Position numbers and translations under genes: made by a program. 64,000 nt of DNA, from assembly GCF_009914755.1 (NCBI RefSeq), contig NC_060925.1. One strand, written 5' to 3'. Under the pieces are notes generated by a model. The model was not told the origin of the DNA. It did not search any database and saw only the letters and a list, made by a program, of their open reading frames with translations. The DNA is from the human T2T-CHM13v2.0 reference genome, Homo sapiens. Numbering within the stretch: the first letter of the stretch is position 1; each line of letters starts with the position of its first letter. Below are positions 1 to 18,524 of the stretch, one piece after another.

Positions 1-257
1 TGTTGCCAGGCTGGAGTGCAGTGGCACTCTGGTGAACTTCCCAGGCTCAAGTGATCCTCCCACCTCAGCCTCCCTAGTAGCTGGGACCACAGGCGTGCAC
101 CATCATGCCTGGCTAATTTTTTTTTTTTTTAATTTTTAGTCGAGATGAGGTCTTGCTATGTTGCCTAGGCTGGTCTTGGTCTCCTCAGGTCAAGCAATCC
201 TCCTGCCTCCACTTCCCAAAGGTCTGGGACTACAGATGTGAGCCAACATGCCCGGCC
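1..257 (-). mobile_element. Alu (AluJ-like), cut by window edge
   Basis: Antisense Alu dimer: caggctggagtgcagtgg...ctcaagtgatcctcccacctcagcc...gagcca..cccggcc. Confidence 0.9.
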
Positions 258-269
258 CCCCAGGGTATA

Positions 270-695
<426 letters not shown>

Positions 696-774
696 ATATC
701 AACTTTTAACATTAACTGCCCCATTCTCTCAAGCTTACGGTTTCTTCCTTCAAATGCCCCAGGCAAGAATCTGA

Positions 775-1101
<327 letters not shown>

Positions 1102-1559
1102 TACCTCATCTTTCTAAACCAGGATGATGCGCAGTCCCTGGATTGGCTGTTCTAGGTCAGGAGACCCACAGTCCTATCAAATGTGGCTAAGGGTCAATGT
1201 CATATGCTACAAAACATGGCTGCCCATAGACAGTTTTCACCAAAGGATAAGGCGGGTCATGGGGACTGTCATTTAGAGTGGTGGGCAACACTCTCTCCAT
1301 TGTGCAGCAGTAATGTGGTGCAGTGGTTTGACACCAGGTGGGCGGGGAGGGGGGCTGCTGAAGCCAATCAAGCTAATTCCACTCCTTCCCCTTGCCTATT
1401 CTTAGTCAAAGAATCCGAGGTTGGGCCAGCAAGTGGCATTCCTCTGTGACAGGGAGAGGTTCAGGGATGGGTCTGCAGATCAGTTTGATGTTTTCTCAAG
1501 GACATTGTTGGGAAGGAAATGTCCTTGTTTTTAAGGAACGGCCATAGGGAGAAGTGGTC

Positions 1560-1820
1560 TCTCTTCCTTTGGACATTGCTGTGCACAAATAAATGGGAGA
1601 GCCCCAAGCTGCGGCAGCCATTCTTACTTCTGCTCCAAGGATGACATCACCAGCTCAAGAGGGCAGGACTCAGAGCATGGCAGGGAAACTGAGGCAGAGC
1701 CAGTGGAATAGCTAGGTCCCAAAGCCCACCCTTTCTCTTGGCCTCCAGTCATTTGATCCAATAAATGTCCTTATTGTTTAAGCCAGTTTTGGGCTTTTGT
1801 AATTTGCAGCTAAAAGCATG
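1560..1820 (+). mobile_element. Ancient ERVL-type LTR remnant (LTR16/MLT-like)
   Basis: 3' signature aataaatgtccttattgtttaagcca...tgtaatttgcagctaaaagcat. Confidence 0.5.
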
Positions 1821-1971
1821 GCTGGGAGTAGGGGGTGGGCTGGGTAGGGGGTGCCTGTGGGCCTGGTGGGGAATGCATAGGGTGTGATTTCTGAATATTA
1901 TGCAGGGGGCGGGCCAGTTCCACAAGCAGACAGCCGAGAAGTCACAGAGGACCCTGTACTTGGCTTAATGA

Positions 1972-2296
<325 letters not shown>

Positions 2297-2719
2297 GTTA
2301 TACATTTTTAACAAGGGGCCTGCATTTTCATTTTGCACCAGGTCCTACGAGTCATGTAGACAGTCCCAGGCAGGTGACAGAACATTTAGAAAAGGAGTGT
2401 GTAGACTGTAAAGCACTATACAAAAGCATCCTGTCCTTCTCCCCAGGGACAAAAGACACTATGTGAGCCTCCTATGCCTAGTTTCATGGGTCTTCCTGCC
2501 AGCAAACCTCCCATCCATACGCTCCAACTGTCTGCTGCCCGACCCCTGATAGCCTGCACAGACAGCGGGTCAACTCCGACCTACTGTGTTCCCATAGGAA
2601 CGTGGAAAGATAGGTAGAGAATTCATTATCCATTGAAGTTTGTTTTCCGTTTTTGGAAGTTTTGGGAAGTATAAGACCAAAGTTAAACTATTTAATTAAC
2701 AGCTAAACAAATGAGTAAA

Positions 2720-2874
2720 GCGCACACACACACACACGCACACACACACGCGCGCACACACACACGCGCACAAACACACACGCACGCACACACACGCACA
2801 CACACACACGCACGCACACACACACGCACACACTCACACACACACACGCACGCACACGCACGCACACACACACA
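2720..2874. repeat. Compound (CA)n/(CGCA)n microsatellite
   Basis: About 155 bp of almost uninterrupted alternating purine-pyrimidine sequence. Confidence 0.97.
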
Positions 2875-2916
2875 AACTACTATGTTTGCTGGGCCTGAAT
2901 TAAAATCTACTGGTCT

Positions 2917-3224
<308 letters not shown>

Positions 3225-3773
3225 TTAGGGACCTACTTTAGACTCACGGGCCCGACTATCCTACCTTTATCTTTGTGTGTGTGTGTGTGTGTTTTTCCCA
3301 CTGAACGTGGGCTCATATGTCACAGGTGAAAAGAATGGCTGTCTGATTCAGCCTGTCCCTTCATCCTGCTCATGTAGTTCCAGCGAGTGAGTGTTACTTC
3401 GGAGATAATGAATGCATCCCATTTAGTGCAAAAATATACCTTGTCACCGGTCACATGGCAAATGTAGCCATAAAAAGTTAAAAATGCTATTATTTAAAAT
3501 TTATTTTCTCATAAAAAATGGTTCCTGAAATGATCATAATTTGAAGAACTTACTTCATAGTTATGATACATTATGCCCGGGCCCAGGCCTAAGGCTGGTA
3601 ATCCCAGAGCCAAGGGGGAGACCTCGGTCTTGGTTAGGACTAGGCAGCCTCGGTCCCTACCACCCCTTCCTTTACGGAGCCTCCACTCTATGTCTGTTTC
3701 ATTTACATCAACCCAAAATTGTGACTGCAGATGAGCCCATTTTACACTATTGCCTCCCCATTCCCAAAATGGC

Positions 3774-4218
<445 letters not shown>

Positions 4219-4227
4219 TCAAATGGC

Positions 4228-4229
<2 letters not shown>

Positions 4230-4265
<36 letters not shown>
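4230..4265. repeat. (TG)n microsatellite
   Basis: Pure TG run. Confidence 0.97.
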
Positions 4266-4267
<2 letters not shown>

Positions 4268-4730
4268 GTTTGCAGGTTTAGAGACTTTTCTCCCAGTGGA
4301 CTTTAATTCTCTTAGGTAAAGGAAAGGGCATGATGCTGGCTGGAATCCTCAGGATGAATGTCCCCTTTGTGCTTCATCAGGGGTTCCTGATCTTACTTTG
4401 GGGACCCCTCCTTCCCCCACTCCAATGATTGTCCGACCTGAGAGTCATCGAAGTGTGTGGATTCAGGAGGTTTGTGGTCACCATTTAGTGATCAGCCATG
4501 GTATGAGAAATCTCCACTGCTTCTGGTGCAGGCGACGGCGGGGGGCACCCCTGATAGAGCAGCACCTATGTTCCTGACAGTAATAAACATGTTTGTCCCT
4601 GCTATGCATGACATGGCACAAGCCTGCTAACAACTGCAGCTTAAGGAGAGCAGGGTTCTGTGCTGGGAACCCTACAGATGCATAATTTCTTTTCTCTTTT
4701 TGACCCTGTGCTCCAAGATGCATAATTTCA

Positions 4731-5897
<1,167 letters not shown>

Positions 5898-5904
5898 GAA
5901 AGGT

Positions 5905-6010
5905 GATAGATAAATAAACAAACTGAGGCTCAGAATGACCTGCCCAAGGGCACATGGCTGATGTGGAACAACTGGGATTTAAATCCAGGTGTGTCAGACA
6001 CTGAGGCTTA
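5905..6010 (+). mobile_element. MIR
   Basis: MIR core aaactgaggctcaga...tgcccaagg.cacat.gct...ctgggatttaaatccagg. Confidence 0.75.
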
Positions 6011-6130
6011 CTCATTTGGGTCAGCGTGTGCCCTTTCTGCAATGACACTCTTTCCCCCAGTGGTTAGTGGGTGCCTGTACTCCCCAAACCCACTTGGCAG
6101 CACCCAAACTGAGTAACATTTTTTCACACC

Positions 6131-6165
6131 TGTATTAGGGTTCTCTAGAGGGACAGAGCTCATGG

Positions 6166-6202
<37 letters not shown>

Positions 6203-8718
6203 ATATAAAAATATATATATATATAAATATATATATAAACTTAATACTTAATAAACTCCCCTTTATATATTTATATATTTATATATTATATATTTTATAT
6301 ATTATATATTTATATGTATAAATATATTTATATATATAAAATATATAATATATAAATATAAATATATTTATTTATATTTATATATAAATATATACAAATA
6401 TATTTATATTTATATATAAATATATACAAATATATTTATATTTATATATAAATATATACAAATATATTTATATTTATATATAAATATATACAAATATATT
6501 TATATTTATATATAAATATATACAAATATATTTATATTTATATATAAATATATACAAATATATTTATATTTATATATTATATATTTATTTATATATAATA
6601 TATTTATATAAATATATTTGTATATATTATATATTATATAATTATATATTTGTATATAGTATATATTATATAATTATATATTTGTATATAGTATATATTA
6701 TATAATATATATTTATTATTATAAATATATTTATATTTAATAATATAATATTTATTATTATAATTAATTATATATATTTATATATAAATAATTTATATAT
6801 AAATATATATATATAATTTATTATTATAATTAATTATATAAATATATTTATATATTTATATATTTAAATATAAATATATTTATATATAAATATAAATATA
6901 TTTATATATTTAAATATAAATATATTTATATATAAATATAAATATATTTATATATTTATATATTTAAATATAAATATATTTATATATTTATATATTTAAA
7001 TATTTATATATTTATATATTTAAATATATAAATATATTTATATATTTATATATTTATATATTTAAATATAAATATATTTATATATTTAAATATAAATATA
7101 TTTATATATTTATATATTTATATATTTATATATTTATATATTTAAATATAAATATATTTATATATTTAAATATAAATATATTTATATATTTAAATATAAA
7201 TATATTAATATATAATTATTATACATATTTATATACTTAAATATAAATATATTAATATATAATTATTATATATATTTATATGGTTAAATATAAATATATT
7301 AATATATAATTATTATATATATTTATATAGTTAAATATAAATATATTAATATATAATTATTATATATTTATATATAATTTATAATTTAATATATATAATT
7401 ATATATTATATAATTATATAATATTATATTTATATTTTCATATTATATTATATTATATTTTTATATTATATAAATATAAATATTATATTATATAATATTT
7501 ATATTTACATATTTATATATTTATATATTAAATTATATATTTATATAATATTATAAAATTATATATAATATTTATATATTATATATTATATGTATAAAAA
7601 TATAAATATTATATATAATTATAAATATATATTATATATAATTATATATAATATATAATTATATATAATATATAATATAATTATATATAATATATAATTA
7701 TATATAATATATAATATAATATAATTATATAATATAATTATATTAATATAATTATATTATATAATATAATTATGTAATAATATAATTATATTATATAATA
7801 TAATAATATAATAATATAATTATATTATATAATATAATAATATAATTATATAATATAATAATATAATTATATTATATAATATAATAATATAATTATATAA
7901 TATAATATAATATAATATAATTATATAATATAATTATATAATAATATAATATAATATAATATAATTATATTATATAATATAATAATATAATAATATAATG
8001 TAATATAATAATATATAATATAATTATATAATGTAATATAATATATAATAATATAATAATATATAATTATATAATTATATAATGTATATTATATATAAAT
8101 ATATAATATACATTATATAATTATATAATATATAATTATACATATTAAATTATAAATTTTATATAAATATATATTATAATTATATATTAATATATTTATA
8201 TTTACATAAATATATTTATAATTAATTATAAATATATTTATATGTTATATATTTATATATTTATTTATATATAATATGTATTTATATAAATATATATATT
8301 TGTATATATCATATATTATATGATATATATATAAAGGGGAGTTTATTAAGTATTAACTCACACCATCACAAGGTCCCACAACAGGCCATGTGCAGGCTGA
8401 GGAGCAAGAAGAGCCAGTCCGAGTTCCAAAATTGAGGAACTTGGGAGTCTGATGTTTCGAGGGCAGGAAGCATCCAGCACAGGAGAAAGACGAAGGCTGG
8501 GAGGTAAGCCAGTCTCTCTTTCCACATTTTTCTGCCTGCTTACTTTCTAGCCGAGCTGGCAGCTGATTAGATGGTGCCCACCCAGATTAAGGGTGGGTCT
8601 GCCTTTCCCAGCCCACTGACTCAAACGTTAATCTCCTTTGGCAACACCCTCACGGACACACCCAGGATCCATACTCTGTATCCTTCAATCAAGTTGACAC
8701 TCAGTCTCAACCATCACA
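6131..8718 (-). mobile_element. MLT2A1-type (ERVL) solo LTR containing a hugely expanded internal AT repeat
   Basis: Starts tgtattagggttctctagagggacag; resumes aaaggggagtttattaagtattaactcac; ends ...aaccatcaca; 5-bp TSD ACACC at 6126-6130 and 8719-8723. Confidence 0.9.
6167..8333. repeat. ~2.1 kb AT-rich low-complexity array with nested minisatellites
   Basis: Almost only A/T; single C at 6395, 6427, 6459, 6491, 6523, 6555 gives a 32-bp period; other unit types and TATAA-like repeats follow. Confidence 0.97.
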
Positions 8719-8902
8719 ACACCTGATGCAAAGTCACAGGCCGTTGGCTTTCATGCCCACCTGTATGGTAAGGCCAGGATTCAGAAAATGTTCCTCAGTC
8801 CCCAAACCAGGACCTCACCACACCCGAGTCACCACTGCCAACCCCCAACTCCCATCCCTATTTGCCCTCTGTGCCTGGCGGGGGGTTGGGGGAGTTTGTT
8901 TT

Positions 8903-9062
8903 GTTCCTCAAAATGTGGTCCATGGGCCAGCTGCGTCGGCATACCTGGGCACTTGCTGGAAAGGCGGGATCTCGGCCCCACCCTAGATCAGCTTAATCAG
9001 AATCTGCATTGTAACCAGAGCCCCCTCAGTGAGTCACGTGCACAGTGGAGTTTAAGAAGCTC
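8903..9062. mobile_element. MER5A (hAT-Charlie) fossil
   Basis: ctcaaaatgtggtcc...ggccccaccctaga...aatcagaatctgcatt..aac...gagtttaagaagc. Confidence 0.75.
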
Positions 9063-9783
9063 CTCCCTCCAGGACCCTGCTCCACCTGGGCTGTCTTCTC
9101 ACACCTATTTCTCCTCTTCTTCTGCCACCTCCGCAGGTGTCTCGGCTTGGATTCCTGCAGCTCGGGAGGACACATTAGGGAAATGTCTATGATGCTCTTT
9201 CTGCCTTAGCTTGTTAGAGTTGGCAGCAGAAGAGGCCCCTCCTGGCAGCGCTCGGCTGGGCCCTGCAGCTGGCTGGGGGAGGCCTCTCTGTGGCCACACG
9301 CCTGAGGTCTGGGCTGGTTCCCCTTGCTGCTGCCTCTCTCCTGGGTGGACAGTGGTCTAGAGCTGTGCTGGGGGCCCCGTCCTTCCTCCTATGCACCAGG
9401 CTCAGCGAGAGGCAAAGGCGAAGGTGTGAAATGACTTTGACCTTGGTGTTTAGGCAGATCCCTCTCACTCTGAAAGTGCTTCAACATGTTGGCCTGGTAC
9501 GTTCCGAGCACTGTGGAGTTTTGGCAGAGTGGCCGATAAGTATTTTTAGTTCCTTCCTCCTTAATGTTTGCCAGAAAACCACAGTCATTACTCATGAGGA
9601 GGAGAAGTTTCCTCCCTCCCAGGCTCCAGAAGAGTCCGGGCTTGCCCTCAGATGCCCACTGAGCTGCCCCTGCCTGGGCTTCTAAGCTGTCTTTGAAATC
9701 AACATAATGCTAACACCTACAATAAAGCAGGATACCATATATTTTTTAATAGACTAAGACCTGAGCTTTTTTTTGTTAATTAA

Positions 9784-10390
<607 letters not shown>

Positions 10391-10394
10391 CAAT

Positions 10395-11050
<656 letters not shown>

Positions 11051-11077
11051 GCCTGAGCTTCTTAAAAAAAAAGAAAA

Positions 11078-11704
<627 letters not shown>

Positions 11705-12962
11705 TCCATGATTGCATTTTTTTATTTTAGGCAACCAATTTCTGGTTAGTCCTAGCATATCTGCTAAGGTAGGGCAGCATTTGCTTTCAAAAAAGGGATG
11801 GCCAACCAGAAGCACGCCAAAGGCAGCTCCCTACCACTTCTGCTCCTTGGGAATGGTCTGGGGAAAGCCAGCTGGGCACACCTCCCCTCTGCTCAGGAGA
11901 GTGAAGAAATCCACAGGGTTAGGGCTTAGACAGCTTTGCACAAACTTAGGGACCCCCAATTCCCTCTGCCAAGGGCAAAGTTCCTGCACCTTCAGCATCT
12001 TCAATCATAGTTCCCTGTGTGGATCTTAGTTTTAATGGCAGTACCTTCTAGACCACAAGGGACGCGGCTCCCTCAGAAAAATCTCACCATTGGTGGAGGG
12101 ATAATAGCCTTAAGGATCTAGTTCAGTAAACACAGGATTCTTTTGTGATGTGCTTTCCAAACGAGGCACACACTTTGGGATTAATTAAACTATTTTCTAG
12201 CTGCTTGCCAGGGTAACCTTTCTTTTATGCTTCTTAGGGGGGCACACAACGTAAAAAGTCAGATCTATTATGTTCATGACTCGGAGGGAAAGATCTGGGA
12301 CAAAATTACCTTACACACCATTTTTTTTTTTTGGATGTTTTTTCTTTTCTTAAATTTCCTGATTACTGGATCAGATGGAGAGCTGTCTGAGCTGTGTGCT
12401 AGCTAAGAAACAGAGTCAACCCAGGAGAGGAGCAGTTTGGAATTAAAGGGATAGAAGCTCAGGGTGGGCGGGGGGGGGTGACACTGATGACAGCATGAAC
12501 CCCCAATTTCTTGGCACGCTCTTGGGGGGACAATAAAGAGGTACATGGGAGTTAAGTGCTGACTGTTGAAGCCTTGGCCCATGTTCTTATTCCAGGCTTG
12601 CTGTGTTTTTGAGTGCATGACATTTAATTAATTTTACAGTTCATTCTTTTCACCGTTCTGTTTTTGACAGTGTCACCCTCCGATCTCTCAGCTGGTTGGG
12701 AAAAATCTGTATCAGTCATTACCCTTGCTCAAGCCCAGACTGGGTCATCTGGCCACAGCAGGAGATGCAGCGGGCAACAGCAGCAGGAGATGCAGCGGGG
12801 AACAGCAGCAGGCATGGAGCTGAGACAAGATTTCACTGTGAAGACAGTTTCCGGGGAGAGGCTGGGTCCGAAGCTGCATCTCCATGTCCCAGGAGTACCT
12901 TTCAAAGCTTCCCCTGTCCTGGCCTCAAGCTCTAGGAGCTTTGAAAAAATGCTTGCATTTTG

Positions 12963-13258
<296 letters not shown>

Positions 13259-13355
13259 GCCTGGAAAATATGCTTGCATTTTGAATATCTATCTATCTAT
13301 CTATATATTTTGTATCTGTAAAAGAAAAAATATTCAGGACTCTCTAAATGTATTA

Positions 13356-13871
13356 TGCCATGTGGGGAGTTAAGCCCTGGAAACTCCCATAGCATGTATG
13401 CAACTTCTGCTCTTAGGTGATAGTTTAACTCTCTTCCTCATTGCTCTTGTTCTGTAAATGACTGGGAGAGACCAGAGACCAAACCTCCTCCCCTTCCAAT
13501 CACTGATCTTTGTTGTAGATGAACTGCCTTCTTTATTGTCCCGTGCCTAACCTAGACCAGATGGGACAAAAGACCCCATGTCTATTACATCTTTAGTGTG
13601 GAAGGTTAAATATACCTTTCCCAAAAAGAAAGACTACCTCAACCAACCAGATATTGTAATTATGCATTAAACCTTATATAGAAAGACGTTGAGATTCTGT
13701 TCCGCTTCCCCAAACTTTGTCTATATAAACAGTTGCAAACTTCTACACTTTGGAGCACTGACTTCCATTCTTTGGAATCTGTGCTTCCCAGGCAGCTCAT
13801 CTTCAAACTTTGTGCCTGAATAAACTCCCTTTAAACCAGATTCTGACCATTTTGATTATTTTAAGTTGACA
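13356..13871 (+). mobile_element. ERV1 (MER4-group, LTR54/MER57-like) LTR
   Basis: TATA (ctatataaac), AATAAA (tgaataaactc), terminal ...ttattttaagttgaCA; family name recalled and uncertain. Confidence 0.65.
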
Positions 13872-14026
13872 TATCAAAATAGTATACACACAATAACAAG
13901 TAAAAAAAAGCAGAAAGATAATAATATTGAAAAGCGGCAATCTCACCCCAGTCCCCAAAGCGATTTTAACTGTTTCTTTCTTTAATTCTTCTGGAATTTC
14001 CTCTGCTGCTCTATGATCATACCTCT

Positions 14027-14575
14027 TGATGTGGTTTGGTTCTGTGTCCCCACCCAAATCTCATCTTGAATTGTAATTCCCACATGTGGAGGGAGGGACC
14101 CGTGATCCCCACGTGTCAGGGGAGGGAGGTGATAGGGTCATGGGGACAGTTTTGCTCATGCTTCTTTTGAGATAGGGTCTCACCCTGTTGCCCAGGCTGA
14201 AGTGCAGTGGTACTTCTCCTCTTCTCCTCCTTCTTCCCCTCCTCCTCCTCCTCCTCCTCCTTCTTCTCCTTCTCCTTCTTTCTTCTTTCTTTTTCTTCTT
14301 CTTTTGAGATAGGGTCTCACCCTGTTGCCCAGGCTGAAGTGATAATGAGTGAGTTCTCACGAGACCTGATGGTTTTATAAGGGGCTCTTCCTGCTTCACT
14401 TTCTCTCTCTCTCCTGCTGCCATGTAAGACATGCCTGCTTCCCCTTCCGCCACGATGGTAAGTTTCCTGAGGCCTCCCAGTCACGCAGAACTGTGAGCCA
14501 ATTAAACCTCTTTCCTTTATAAATTACCCACTCTTGGGTAGTATCTTTATAGCAGTGTGAAAACAGACTAATACA
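14027..14575 (+). mobile_element. THE1D/MSTA MaLR solo LTR with an internal ~180-bp insertion
   Basis: tgatgtggtttggttctgtgtccccacccaaatctcatcttgaattg ... aacagactaataca; 5-bp TSD CCTCT (14022-14026, 14576-14580). Confidence 0.9.
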
Positions 14576-15029
14576 CCTCTCTGATTTGATTTATCAGTTT
14601 TGGACAATACCTTCCAACTCCTAAATAGGAAGATGAAAATTTAGCTCAAAAACATTCTACCTCTTCCCTCTCTGCCCTTTTCTCTCTTTTTATTTTTCGT
14701 CACTGCTTTAACGGATATATAATTCACAGGTCATAAAATTCACTCTGTTAAAGTGTACCATTCATTGGTTTTTAGTACACAGATCCACAAAGTTGTGCAA
14801 CCATCTCTAAATCCACTGTGCACCATTCTCTAAAACCAGAACGTTTTTGTCCCTGCAAAAAAGAAGCCCCTATCTTCATTAGCAAGGACTCTTATTATTC
14901 ATTCTTCTCAACCCCTGGCATCCTCACCAATGCTTGTTATTTTTCTGTCTGTCCTTCTCCTCCTTTTCTCCTTCTCCTCTTCTCGTTCTTCCCCTCCTCC
15001 TCCTTCTTCTCCTTCTTGTTCTTTCTTCT

Positions 15030-15678
15030 TCTTCTTCTTTTGAGATGGAGTCTCACCCTGTTGCCCAGGCTGAAGTGCAGTGTCATGATCACAGCTCACT
15101 GCCCTCAACTTCTTGGACTTCTTCTTCTTTTGAGATAGGGTCTCACTCTGTTGCCCAGGCTGAAGTGCAGTGGCATGATCACGGCTCACTGTCCTCAGCC
15201 TCTTGGGCCTCTTCTTCTTTTGAGATAGGGTCTCACCCTATTGCCCAGGCTGAAGTGCAGTGGCATGATCACAGCTAACTGTCCTCAACCTCTTGAGCCT
15301 CTTCTTTTGAGATAGGGTCTCACCCTATTGCCCAGGCTGAAGTGCAATGGCATGATCACAGCTAACTGTCCTCAACCTCTTGAGCCTCTTCTTCTTTTGA
15401 GAGAGGGTCTCATTCTGTTGCCCAGGCTGAAGTGCAATGGCATGATCATAGCTCACTGCCTTCAACATCTTGGGCCCAAGCCATCCTCCCACCTCAACCT
15501 TCCTCCTGAGTAGCTGGGACCACAGATGCACACCACCATGCCCGATTATTTTTTTAAAAAATATTTGTAGAGATGAGGTTTCGCTATGTTGCCCAGGCTT
15601 GTCTAAACTCTTGGGCTCAAGTGGTCCTCCTGCCTTGGCCTCCCAGAGTGCTGAGATTACAGGCTGAGATCACCTGGC
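15030..15678 (-). repeat. AluJ whose 3' ~90 bp is amplified into a 5-unit tandem array
   Basis: Units begin at 15041, 15131, 15221, 15308 and 15398; the last continues into the rest of an AluJ. Confidence 0.92.
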
Positions 15679-15679
15679 T

Positions 15680-17380
<1,701 letters not shown>

Positions 17381-17537
17381 CCTCCCCTTCCACTTCCCCT
17401 CCCCCTCCTCCTCCTCCTCCTACTCCTTTCTTCTTCTTTTTTTGAAACAGAGTTTTGCACTGTCACCCAGGCTGGAGTGCAGTGGTGCAATCTCGGCTCA
17501 CTGCAACCTCCACCTCCCGGGTTCAAGAAATTCTCTT

Positions 17538-17839
<302 letters not shown>

Positions 17840-17849
17840 AGTCCATCTT

Positions 17850-18277
17850 CACGGTATGATAAATCTGAGTGCTGGCAGCCAGCCTGCGGGTGTAACAAAC
17901 CCGAGGGCCCACGCACCTAGAAGGTCACGATAAGTGAACAGAATGTAGAGGAAGGGTCAGCCCATAAAAGGGGAGAAAGTTTCATTATTGGGAAATCGAA
18001 ACTTTAGCAGGGAAGGGGACCTGGGTCTGACCTTAAAGGGGGATAATGAAACTTAGGTGACGTCCAGGAAGACTGTAACCCCATCGTACTAGACCAATGA
18101 GCAACTGGGGGAGGGACTGTGTGCTAGGAGATCAATTACCTGCTGTAGCTGCCCTGGCTGTGCCTGCCTACCAGACACCCCATCTTACAAGACTTCCATT
18201 AAAAGTCTCACTTCCGCTGTTCTTCGTGTCTCCGAGTCTATTCTTTGGGTTTGAAGGAGTGAATATGTGTTTCTCAC
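17850..18277 (+). mobile_element. ERV solo LTR (LTR18/LTR47-like, family uncertain)
   Basis: CCAAT box, ATTAAA signal, U5-like end gtctattctttgggtttg...gtgtttctcac. Confidence 0.6.
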
Positions 18278-18365
18278 GCATGATAATTAGGTTTTCACGA
18301 GCATGTGTGACAGTGCCTCCCTCAAAACGAGTTACGACATCAGGACGTTACCCATCTGATATGAA
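18278..18365 (+). pseudogene. U13 (SNORD13)-like snoRNA retropseudogene, 5' part missing, A-rich tail
   Basis: gcatgataattaggttttcacgagcatgtgtgacagtgcctccctcaaa...gttacgacatcaggacgttacccatctga aligns by eye with recalled U13 (TGATGATTGGGTGTTCA...TGTGTGAGATGTGCCACCCTTGAACCTTGTTACGACGTGGGCACATTACCCGTCTGA); A-rich tail to ~18393. Confidence 0.8.
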
Positions 18366-18524
18366 ATAAAGAAAAATAGAATAAAATAAGAAATCAAAAT
18401 ATAAGCCTATTAAAAGTTAGAAAGGTGATGGATAGAATAATTTAAGTACTGTAATAATATAAACATCAACCATTAAGAGAAGGGGAAAAACTCAAGAAAG
18501 GATTCAAGAAGAACTAGAAAATCT

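Noticed and set aside
6270-8326. Perfect giant palindrome (true PATRR)
   Set aside because: Beyond the 30-bp arms the two ends are not exact reverse complements; only a quasi-palindrome is supported
15030-15470. Regular ~90-bp repeats superficially like a CRISPR array or repeat protein
   Set aside because: Units are contiguous Alu-derived copies with no unique spacers; eukaryotic context and no cas genes
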